Positions 16,552-24,880 of a stretch of DNA of 31,478 nt are shown here, piece by piece (within the stretch, counting starts at the first letter, position 1; each line of letters opens with the position of its first letter). The notes below the pieces were generated by a model, which searched no databases, had not been told where the DNA came from, and saw nothing but the letters and a program-made list of their open reading frames with translations. Location of the stretch: positions 1 through 31,478 of the forward strand of contig CAYXWT010000004.1 of the NCBI GenBank assembly GCA_964468895.1, written 5' to 3'. The DNA comes from an uncultured archaeon. Lineage in GTDB: Archaea > Iainarchaeota > Iainarchaeia > Iainarchaeales > CSSED10-239. A program made the position numbers and the translations under genes.

Positions 16552-17301
16552 TTGATTATTATGCCTATTTTAAGAAATAAAAAAGTTATAACTAAATCAA
16601 TTTTAAAAAAATTTGGTAAAAAAAGAGAACCTTTTGATTATGTGTCTAAACAAATTATTGATAAGAATGAGGTGTGGGGACATAATGGATCCAAAAATAG
16701 ATTTAAATCTATATTTCTTAAAAACTTAGAGAGAAAACCAATTTCTTTTTTACAAAAACTTGGAAAAGAAAAGCCAACAGTTATGTTTTTAGGACCTGGT
16801 AAAGGTGGTACAATAACTGAATTTCTAAAATATACTTCTAAATTAAAAATAAATCCTGTTGTAGATGTTTTTGCTTTAACTAAAAATTTGTCTTTAGAAG
16901 CAAGTTCTAAAATTAGAACAGATTATTCTTCAGATGTTCCTTTTGAACATTTAAATATTAAAAATAGTAAATATAAATTTTTGGAATAAAAATATGATCT
17001 TGTAATTAGTGCTATGGGTGTTGGGGCACACACAAAATATACCTCTAATGCTCTTTTTACTTCGGCTTTAATGTTACAAAAAGGTGGTAAGGCTTATATT
17101 CAAACAAATATGTGGAATTATCTAGTAAAAAATTCATATGATGCTAAAAAAACAAAATTACTTATTAAAAGTGTATTTAATAGATTGGTTGTTTCTTATA
17201 ATAAAATCTTAGAAAAATCTAATCTTAACAAAAGAAAATATTCTTTTAATTTTATTGAAAGTAATAATTTAGGATTTGTTGAAATAGAAAGAATTAAATA
17301 A
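16552..17301 (+). pseudogene. family A paralog P3, interrupted by an in-frame TAA (16987-16989)
   Basis: ORFs 16552-16989 and 17014-17301 share one frame. Read through, they give '..KYKFLE*KYDLVISAMGVGAHTKY..', where paralogs have 'FLENKYDL'. The C-terminal third is shorter and more divergent but still ends 'FVEIERIK'. Confidence 0.7.
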
Positions 17302-17317
17302 ATTTAAGAATTTAATA

Positions 17318-18103
17318 GTGATGATTATTATGCCTGTTTTGAAAAAATTTGGAAAAAAAAGAGAAACTAACTTAAAAGTTAAAGAGTGGCTTAGTATAGG
17401 TTGTGAAAAATGGCGTTGTAATGGACTAAAGGAAAGATATAAACAGATTTCTGAAGCACTTGGTGGTATTCATGTTTATTTTTTAGTTTGTCGTCGAAAA
17501 TCACATCCTATTGTGATGTTTTTAGGTGCTGGAGTAGGAGAAACTATTTCTGAATTTAAAAAACATCTTTTGAAACATAAGATACATCCAACTGTAGATG
17601 TTTTTTCTTTAACTAAAGATTTATCTTCAGAGGTTAATTCTAAAACAAGACGTGATTATTCTAATAATTTGCCTTTTGAACATTTAAATATGAAAAATAG
17701 TGCTTTTAAAAATTTAGAAAATAAATATGATTTAGTTATAGGGGCCATGAGTGTTGGTGTACACACTAAATATCCTGCAAACTCTTTGTTTACTTCTGCT
17801 TTAATGCTTCAAAAAGGTGGTAGGGCATATATTGAAGTTGTAGACTTTTTAAAAAAGAATGGTGGTATATCTACTATAAAAGAACATAAAAAACTTTTAG
17901 AAAGAAATAAATCTTTTAGTTTTAGTAAGTATGAACGTTATAGTCTTTCATATATGAAACAAATTTTGGTTTTTAAAAAGGTTTTTTTAAGAATGATTGA
18001 AGTATATAATCCTAAATTAGAATTCTCTATTAAAATGATTGATAATAATTTGAATCATTTTACTTGTCAAATGAATTTTATAGAAGTAGAAAGAATTAAA
18101 TAA
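17318..18103 (+). CDS. family A paralog P4
   Basis: 'LKKFGKKRE', 'VMFLGAGVGET', 'VDVFSLTK', 'YDLVIGAMSVGVHTKYPANSLFTSALMLQKGGRAYIEV', 'NPKLEFSI' and 'FIEVERIK'. The probable start is ATG 17330 ('MPVLKKFG'). Confidence 0.55.
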   Translation: MMIIMPVLKKFGKKRETNLKVKEWLSIGCEKWRCNGLKERYKQISEALGGIHVYFLVCRRKSHPIVMFLGAGVGETISEFKKHLLKHKIHPTVDVFSLTKDLSSEVNSKTRRDYSNNLPFEHLNMKNSAFKNLENKYDLVIGAMSVGVHTKYPANSLFTSALMLQKGGRAYIEVVDFLKKNGGISTIKEHKKLLERNKSFSFSKYERYSLSYMKQILVFKKVFLRMIEVYNPKLEFSIKMIDNNLNHFTCQMNFIEVERIK

Positions 18104-18126
18104 TTTTTAATATATAATAGATACTG

Positions 18127-18915
18127 ATGTTTATGTCTCTTTTAAGAAATAAAAAAGTTTTGCTAAAACCAATTTTAAAAAAATTTGGTAAATTAAGAAA
18201 ACCATCTTTATCATTAGAGGAATATTTAGTTTCTAAAGCTAAGGAATCTTGGGGTTATAATGGAACTAAAGATAGATTTAAAACTATATTTTTTGAACAT
18301 TTACAAAAAAAACCTTTTCGTTTTTTAATTAAATTAAGAAAAGAAAAACCAAACGTTATGTTTTTAGGTGCTGGTAAAGGAGAAGCTTTATATCAATTTA
18401 TAAAATTTAGTTCTAAATTGAAATTAAATCCAATAGTAGATGTTTTTTCCTTTACTAAAAGCTTAACTAAAGATGTAAAATCTTTAGTTAATAAAGATTA
18501 TTCTTCTAGAACTCTTTTTGAACATTTAAATGTAAAGAAAAGTAAATTTAAGTTTTTAGAAAATAGATATGATCTTGTTGTAGGTGCTATGAGTGTTGGT
18601 GAACACACATATTATCCAGCAAATGCTATTTTTACATCTTCTTTAATGTTGTTAAAAAATGGAAAGGCTTATATTGAGGTTGAAGATTTAAGAGATCGTT
18701 TTACTGTTAAAGAGTATGATGCATATATATCGTATTTAAAAAAATTTCCTAAACAACATCATGATGAATTATATTATCAAAAACAAATAGATAATTTAAA
18801 AATTATATTTAAGAGAATGGTTTATTCTTATAATCCAAAATTAGAATTTTCTTTTAAAATCATTAAAAATCCCAAAACTGCTATTAATTTTGTAGAAATA
18901 GAAAGAATTAAATAA
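18127..18915 (+). CDS. family A paralog P5
   Basis: 'ILKKFGKLRK', 'ESWGYNGTKDRFK', 'VMFLGAGKGE', 'VDVFSFTK', 'YDLVVGAMSVGEHTYYPANAIFTSSLMLLKNGKAYIEV', 'NPKLEFSF' and 'FVEIERIK'. Confidence 0.55.
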   Translation: MFMSLLRNKKVLLKPILKKFGKLRKPSLSLEEYLVSKAKESWGYNGTKDRFKTIFFEHLQKKPFRFLIKLRKEKPNVMFLGAGKGEALYQFIKFSSKLKLNPIVDVFSFTKSLTKDVKSLVNKDYSSRTLFEHLNVKKSKFKFLENRYDLVVGAMSVGEHTYYPANAIFTSSLMLLKNGKAYIEVEDLRDRFTVKEYDAYISYLKKFPKQHHDELYYQKQIDNLKIIFKRMVYSYNPKLEFSFKIIKNPKTAINFVEIERIK

Positions 18916-18936
18916 AAAAACAAAATAAAATTTATT

Positions 18937-20004
18937 TTATTTCTTTAATTCTATGGTTTGAGTAGGGAAAGCAAATTCAATTTTTTCTTTTTCAAAACGA
19001 GTTTTTATTTCTGTGTTTATTTTGTCTTTTATTTGTATGTATTTTCCCCAATTTAATTCGTTTATATAATATGTGACTTTTACATCTAATGAATAACTAT
19101 TAAATTCATCAAATCTTATATAAAAATCAGGAAGTATGTTTTTATTGTTTTTAAGTATTTCTTTAACTATTGCTTTTGCTTTGTTTAATTTAGCTGTACT
19201 TGTGCTATATGTTAAACCAAGAGTTGTATCTATTCTTTTTGAAGATCTATACGATATGTTCGAAATAGTACTACCTGCAATTTTACTATTTGGCATAATC
19301 ATTAAAGTACCATTTGTTTTTTGTATTTGGGCAGATCTTAATCCTACTGCTTTAACAGTTCCTACTTCTCCATTAATTTCTACAAAATCTCCTATATTAA
19401 AGTTTTTTTCTCCAAATAATACTACACCGCTTATTAAATTTTCTAGTGCATCTTTAGCTGCAAGAGCTACTGCAATACCACCTATTCCAAGTCCTGCTAG
19501 TAATGCTCCTACATCATAACCAAAATTAGATAATACTAATACACCTGCAAAAGCTACAATTACTATGTTTGTTAAAGTTTTTAATAATGGAACTAATTGA
19601 TCATCATATTTTGTTTTTGTTTTCTTTGCTATTTTTGTAATATATTCATCTATTATTCCTAATATGAATTTTGCTAAAAACCAAGCTATACAAAATACAT
19701 ATAATAAAAATACAATTTTGGTAATTATGTTTTGAAAACTTGATGATACTGTTAAATATCTAAAACCAATTTCAAAAAATATTATTGTTATTATTAACAT
19801 AAATGGAAGTGGTTTTTCCATAATACTAACTAATATATCATCAAACTTTGTTTTTGTTTTTTCTGCAATTTTTTTAAATACGTTTTTACTAAAATAGGAT
19901 GCTATTTTGCTAACTATTATTCCTATAAATATAAATAATATAAACATTAAAATTTGTTTTAAAGTATTTCCGAAAATCATAATTTCTAACATAATTAATC
20001 TCAC
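18937..20004 (-). CDS. MscS-family small-conductance mechanosensitive channel
   Basis: N-terminal TM helices, pore-helix region 'LAGLGIGGIAVALAAKDALENLISG', and the beta-domain 'GDFVEINGEVGTVKAVGLRSAQIQKTNGTLMIMPNSKI'. Confidence 0.85.
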   Translation of the reverse strand: MRLIMLEIMIFGNTLKQILMFILFIFIGIIVSKIASYFSKNVFKKIAEKTKTKFDDILVSIMEKPLPFMLIITIIFFEIGFRYLTVSSSFQNIITKIVFLLYVFCIAWFLAKFILGIIDEYITKIAKKTKTKYDDQLVPLLKTLTNIVIVAFAGVLVLSNFGYDVGALLAGLGIGGIAVALAAKDALENLISGVVLFGEKNFNIGDFVEINGEVGTVKAVGLRSAQIQKTNGTLMIMPNSKIAGSTISNISYRSSKRIDTTLGLTYSTSTAKLNKAKAIVKEILKNNKNILPDFYIRFDEFNSYSLDVKVTYYINELNWGKYIQIKDKINTEIKTRFEKEKIEFAFPTQTIELKK

Positions 20005-20217
20005 TTTATTAATTTTTTAAAATGTAGTTATAGATATGTTTTATATCTATAGATTATTTATAATAAACTATTTATAAATGTTTTTGTAACTATATAAATA
20101 ACTAGTATATAATATTTGTAATAATATCTTATTTTGTAGTCTACTTTCAAAGATATATTCTTCTATTTAAAATAAAATTGATTCTATAAATATAAATATT
20201 TTTTAATTTGATAAATT

Positions 20218-20937
20218 ATGATTAAAAAAAAATTAAAAGTCAAATCTAAAGTTACAAAATCTACTGTTGTAGAATTGAAAGATGTTACTAAGACTTATCT
20301 TATGGGTGAAGTTGCAGTTCATGCTTTAAATGGTGTTAATTTAAAGATAAAACAAGGTGATTTTGTATCTATTATGGGTCCAAGTGGATCTGGAAAATCT
20401 ACTATGATGCATATTGTTGGTGCTTTAGATTTACCAAGTACTGGTCAAACTTTTATTAAAGGAATAGATTTGAGTACTTTAAGTGAAAATGAACTTTCTC
20501 AAATAAGAGGAAAAACAATTGGTTTTGTTTTTCAAGAATTTAATTTAATTCCTACTCTTACTGCTCTAGAAAATGTAAGATTACCTATTTTGTTTCAAGA
20601 TATAGAAGAAGATAGAACTGATTGTTGTATTGATTTATTAAAATTAGTAGGTCTAGGTGATAGAGTTGATCATAAACCTAGTGAACTTAGTGGTGGGCAA
20701 CAACAAAGGGTTGCTATTGCAAGAGCTTTGGCTAATGATCCTGAAATAATTCTTGCTGATGAACCTACTGGTGCACTTGATTCTAAATCTGGTATTGAAA
20801 TACTTGATTTACTTGAAGATTTAAATAGAAAAGGTAAAACTGTTATTATTATTACTCATGATAAATCTTTAACTAAATATACTAAAAGAAATATTTCTTT
20901 AAAAGATGGTAAAGTTATTAAAGATATTTCAAAATAA
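20218..20937 (+). CDS. ABC transporter ATP-binding protein (MacB/LolD-type)
   Basis: Walker A 'GPSGSGKST', Q-loop 'FVFQEFNL', signature 'LSGGQQQRVAIARAL', Walker B 'IILADEPTGALD' and H-loop 'ITHD'. Confidence 0.92.
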   Translation: MIKKKLKVKSKVTKSTVVELKDVTKTYLMGEVAVHALNGVNLKIKQGDFVSIMGPSGSGKSTMMHIVGALDLPSTGQTFIKGIDLSTLSENELSQIRGKTIGFVFQEFNLIPTLTALENVRLPILFQDIEEDRTDCCIDLLKLVGLGDRVDHKPSELSGGQQQRVAIARALANDPEIILADEPTGALDSKSGIEILDLLEDLNRKGKTVIIITHDKSLTKYTKRNISLKDGKVIKDISK

Positions 20938-20955
20938 AAAGTTTGTAAGATATTT

Positions 20956-22149
20956 ATGAAAGGAATGTTATCTTTTATTTTTAAAAATATAAAACGAAGA
21001 AAACTTCGAAGCTGGCTTACAATTATTGGTATAATTGTAGGTGTTTTTGCAATAGTTTCGCTAATGTCTTTATCTCAAAGTTTAGAAAATAAAATAAGTT
21101 CTAAATTTGATCAATTAGGTGCAAGAAAAATAGAAATTGTTTCTAAATATAGTTCTTATGGAACTAGTTCTTCAAGCCAAGCACTTAGTGAAGATGATAT
21201 TGCTGTTCTTGAAAAAATTCCAGATCTTGAAAAAGTAATTGGTTCTATTAAAAGTAGTGTTTCTATTGAATATAATAGAATAAATAAACATCTTACTTTA
21301 ACTGGTTATGATTGTGATAATATTGAAGATATGTTTTATCAAGAAAATTTAGAAATATTAAAAGGAAAACAAATAGTTTCTGAAAAATCTAAAGAAATTG
21401 TTATAGGTTATGGTTTTTATGGTGATTATGATAATGTTTTTGGTAAAAAACTAGATGTTGGAGATTCTTTAGAAATTAATAGTCATTCTTATAAAATTGT
21501 TGGTATTTTAGAAGATACTGGTGGACAAGGTAATTTTAATATTTATATTTCTATGACTAATATTAGAGATATAACTGGTGCAGAAGATAAAGTTGTTGAT
21601 AAAATATATGCAATTGTTAAAGAAAATAAAGTTCTTGAAGAAGTTTCTGAAAGAATACAAAATAAACTAGAAAGTTTTAGAGATTCTGATGATTTTAGTA
21701 TTACAACTCCTCAAAAGACTGCAGAAAAAAGAAAAGAAACTTTAAAAGTAGTTTCAATAGTAGTAATTGGAATTGCTGCAATTTCTTTATTAGTTGGTGG
21801 TATTGGAATTCTTAATTCTATGTATACTTCAGTAGTTGAAAGAAAAAAAGAAATTGGAGTTATGAAAGCAATTGGTGCTAAAAGAAGTGATATTTTAAAA
21901 CTTTTTTTATTAGAATCTGGTATTATTGGTTTTGTAGGTGGTCTAATAGGCTCTATTGTTGGTTTTGTAGTTGCATTTTTAGTTAGTTTTGTTGCAACAT
22001 TATTACAATTTGAAATTGTTTTTTCTTTAAGTTTTGATATTTTGTTAATAGCACTTGGTTTTTCATTTGTTGTTGGAATTATATCTGGCTTTTGGCCAGC
22101 TTATAAAGCTTCAAAACAAGAACCAGTTGAATGTTTAAGAGAAGAATAA
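20956..22149 (+). CDS. ABC transporter permease, FtsX/MacB-type (MacB_PCD plus FtsX domains)
   Basis: N-terminal TM 'LRSWLTIIGIIVGVFAIVSL', a large extracytoplasmic domain, and a C-terminal FtsX block 'GGIGILNSMYTSVVERKKEIGVMKAIGAKRSDI'. Confidence 0.85.
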   Translation: MKGMLSFIFKNIKRRKLRSWLTIIGIIVGVFAIVSLMSLSQSLENKISSKFDQLGARKIEIVSKYSSYGTSSSSQALSEDDIAVLEKIPDLEKVIGSIKSSVSIEYNRINKHLTLTGYDCDNIEDMFYQENLEILKGKQIVSEKSKEIVIGYGFYGDYDNVFGKKLDVGDSLEINSHSYKIVGILEDTGGQGNFNIYISMTNIRDITGAEDKVVDKIYAIVKENKVLEEVSERIQNKLESFRDSDDFSITTPQKTAEKRKETLKVVSIVVIGIAAISLLVGGIGILNSMYTSVVERKKEIGVMKAIGAKRSDILKLFLLESGIIGFVGGLIGSIVGFVVAFLVSFVATLLQFEIVFSLSFDILLIALGFSFVVGIISGFWPAYKASKQEPVECLREE

Positions 22150-22253
22150 AGTTACATTTTATAAATAAAATGTTCTTTATATTTGTTGTATAATATATTT
22201 AAAATAAATTATAAAAATTAAAATAAAATTTAGTATTTAGAGGTGGAATTAAA

Positions 22254-23525
22254 ATGAATATAAAAAATTTAAAAACAATATTTAGTATAGTACTAATATT
22301 AGGATTATTTGCATTTTCTGGTCTTGTTAATGCTCAACAAGATTATGATGTGATAAATTTAGATGCTAGTAATTATAATTATGATCCAGCGCCAATTACT
22401 CCTGGTGATGAGTTTGAATTGTGGATACAATTAACAAATAATAGTAATAATGCTGCTGAAAATATAGATTTTCTTTTAGAATTAGAATATCCTTTTAGTT
22501 TAGCAGATTATGATGAATTAAATGGAAATATAAGTTATATTGCACCATATCAAACTAAAATTTTAAAATATAATTTAAAATCTGATTTTTTAGTAAATTC
22601 AGATACTTACACTATTAAATTTAAATATAAAAGAAGTGGAGTAGATGTATATAATGTTGAAGAATATAATATAGATATTACTTCTCAAAATGCAATTATA
22701 GATATTATATCTTCAGATATAGAAAAAGTAGATATTGGAAAGTCTTCTAATATAAATTTAAATTTAAAAAATTTAAGTTTACAAAATGCAAAAGATGTTT
22801 TTGTAACTTTAAATAACTCTAGTGATGATAAAATAAAAGTTTTAAATTTAACTACTAAATACATTGCAAAACTAAATGCTGGACAAGAAATTAATTTGCA
22901 ATATAGTGTTTTAGCAGATAGAACTATTGAAAATAAATCTTACTCTCTTCCTATTACTATTTCATATTCAGATAGCCAAGGAGATTATAATATTTCTAGA
23001 ACAGTAGGTTTAGAGATTATTGGAAATCCAGAAGTTTTACTTAATATTATAAGTATAGGAGAGAATTATAAATTATATACTAATGATGTTCAAGAAATTG
23101 AATTTGAAATCTATAATGTTGGAAATATTGATGCTGAATCTGTTTATGTTGAAGCAAATGGTGATTTTTTAGTAGCTTCAAGTAAATATTTTGTAGGTTC
23201 TATTGAAAAAGATAATTATGATAGTGTAGATTTAGAATTAAATATAAAAGATATGCCCTCTGGAACTTATAATTTAGAAGTTATAATAAATTATAAGGAC
23301 GGAGATTTAATTGAACAAAAAATAACTCAAAATATACCAATAGAAGTTGTTAATAAATCTAAAGGTGGAAATACCTTAGTAAGTGTTGTAAGTACTATTG
23401 GATATATTATTGCAGTAATATTTGGTTTGTCTTTGATAATTATTATTATAAGATGGTTACTAAAAATACTTGTATTTCCAGCTTTTGGAATATCTAGTAT
23501 TTCAAAAAACAAAAAAAAGAAATAA
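22254..23525 (+). CDS. secreted, C-terminally anchored surface protein with repeated beta-sandwich-like (CARDB/COG1361-like) modules
   Basis: Strong GAGGTGG RBS. Signal-like N-terminus 'IFSIVLILGLFAFSGLVNAQ', repeated '..N.GN..A..V.V..' style segments, a C-terminal hydrophobic helix and a poly-Lys tail. The domain call is tentative. Confidence 0.4.
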   Translation: MNIKNLKTIFSIVLILGLFAFSGLVNAQQDYDVINLDASNYNYDPAPITPGDEFELWIQLTNNSNNAAENIDFLLELEYPFSLADYDELNGNISYIAPYQTKILKYNLKSDFLVNSDTYTIKFKYKRSGVDVYNVEEYNIDITSQNAIIDIISSDIEKVDIGKSSNINLNLKNLSLQNAKDVFVTLNNSSDDKIKVLNLTTKYIAKLNAGQEINLQYSVLADRTIENKSYSLPITISYSDSQGDYNISRTVGLEIIGNPEVLLNIISIGENYKLYTNDVQEIEFEIYNVGNIDAESVYVEANGDFLVASSKYFVGSIEKDNYDSVDLELNIKDMPSGTYNLEVIINYKDGDLIEQKITQNIPIEVVNKSKGGNTLVSVVSTIGYIIAVIFGLSLIIIIIRWLLKILVFPAFGISSISKNKKKK

Positions 23526-23591
23526 ATTATTTATTTTTCTTTTTTTTAAAAACATAATTTTTTTAGTTAGAACTTTTAAAAAGATATTTTT

Positions 23592-24818
23592 ATGCATAAA
23601 TTAAAATTTACTAATTTGGTAAATCTTACTATAAAAAATATATTTAGAAGAAAAGTAAGATCTACTCTTACTATTCTTTCTGTAATTATAGGTATTGCAG
23701 CAGTAATTTCTTTGATATTATTAAGTGATGGTTTATTTAATGCTATTGAAGGGCAGTTTGATGTTTTAGGTTCAAATACTATATTTGTATTTCCTGTACA
23801 TTTTCAACAAGGTAATCCTGTAGAAATAGTTTCAAGATTATCTGTTGAAGATAAATTAACTTTAAAAGATGTTGAAGCTCTTAGAAAAATAAAAAATGTA
23901 AAAGAGGTATATTCTTTTACATATAAAACTAGTGAGTTTGAATATAAATATGAAACACAATATGCTTTAACTGTTGTTGCTCCTGCTGATGAATGTGATG
24001 GTTTATTTGAAATTATGCAATTAGATTTTTCTTCTGGAGAAGGATTTAATGGAAAAACTGGTAAGAAAGTTATAATTGGATCATATTTTGCAAATGATCT
24101 TTTTGATCATAAAATTAGTGTTGGTAATAATGTAAAATTAAATAATATTGATTTTAAAGTAATTGGAATACTTGAACCTGTTGGTAATGTAGATGATGAT
24201 AGTACTGTTTATATTACAAAAGAAACTGCAGATAAAGTACTTGTTTTGGACTCAGAAGTTACTCAAATAATTGCCAAATCTGCTGGTGATGCTGATGTTA
24301 GTGATGTTAAAGATGATATAGTTGATAGACTTGAAAAAACACATAGTGAAGATGCATTTATGGTATATACTTCTCTTCAAATGTTAGAAATGATTCAACA
24401 GATTTTAATGGTTCTTAAAATTATTTTGATATCTATTGCTTTAATTTCTCTAGTAGTTGGTTCTATTGGAGTTATGAATTCTATATTTACTTCAGTTTTA
24501 GAAAGAATTGGAGAGATTGGTATTTTAAAATCCATTGGTGCTAAGATATATGATATTGTATTTTTATTTGTTTTAGAGTCTGTAATTTTATCTATTATTG
24601 GAGGATTAATTGGTTTGGTTTTAGGTATTGGTATAGCTAAATTAGTTGAACTTTATATTATTAGTTTGAATTTTGATATGTTACATATTATAGTTAATGC
24701 TAATATTATTATTCTGGCAATTTTTATATCTATATTGGTTGGTTTTATAGCTGGTATATTACCTGCAATTAGCGCTGCAAGATTAAAACCTGTAGATGCA
24801 CTTAGAAAAAATATTTAA
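23592..24818 (+). CDS. second FtsX/MacB-type ABC permease
   Basis: Same architecture as 20956-22149: 'VRSTLTILSVIIGIAAVISL', then 'GSIGVMNSIFTSVLERIGEIGILKSIGAKIYDI', ending '..RLKPVDALR'. Confidence 0.85.
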   Translation: MHKLKFTNLVNLTIKNIFRRKVRSTLTILSVIIGIAAVISLILLSDGLFNAIEGQFDVLGSNTIFVFPVHFQQGNPVEIVSRLSVEDKLTLKDVEALRKIKNVKEVYSFTYKTSEFEYKYETQYALTVVAPADECDGLFEIMQLDFSSGEGFNGKTGKKVIIGSYFANDLFDHKISVGNNVKLNNIDFKVIGILEPVGNVDDDSTVYITKETADKVLVLDSEVTQIIAKSAGDADVSDVKDDIVDRLEKTHSEDAFMVYTSLQMLEMIQQILMVLKIILISIALISLVVGSIGVMNSIFTSVLERIGEIGILKSIGAKIYDIVFLFVLESVILSIIGGLIGLVLGIGIAKLVELYIISLNFDMLHIIVNANIIILAIFISILVGFIAGILPAISAARLKPVDALRKNI

Positions 24819-24880
24819 AAAAATAAACACTAAACTGTAAAAAAACAAAAATAAAATTAGTAAAAGAAGATGTATAATAT

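Noticed and set aside
14975-17360. Homopolymeric A-tracts (A7-A9) near the 5' ends of the family A genes as slipped-strand phase-variation switches
   Set aside because: Poly-A runs encoding Lys-rich segments are ubiquitous throughout this window in unrelated genes. Without strain or read-length heterogeneity data there is nothing specific to these tracts.
14968-18915. The ~780-nt periodic repetition as a CRISPR array or other noncoding repeat array
   Set aside because: The repeat units are full-length protein-coding paralogs with conserved reading frames, and there are no short direct repeats with unique spacers. No CRISPR-like array was seen anywhere in the window.
18916-18936. A/T-only palindromes, such as aaaataaa/tttatttt here and tatagatat/atatctata at 20031-20053, as terminators or operators
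   Set aside because: Short A/T palindromes arise by chance at high frequency at this composition. They were not called as features, apart from the longer 11-nt stem after the csp-like gene.
19136-19519. 127-aa plus-strand ORF inside the MscS gene
   Set aside because: Antisense to a gene with unmistakable MscS motifs, with no independent support.
23327-23512. 61-aa minus-strand ORF at the end of the surface-protein gene
   Set aside because: Antisense shadow of the C-terminal TM-anchor region.
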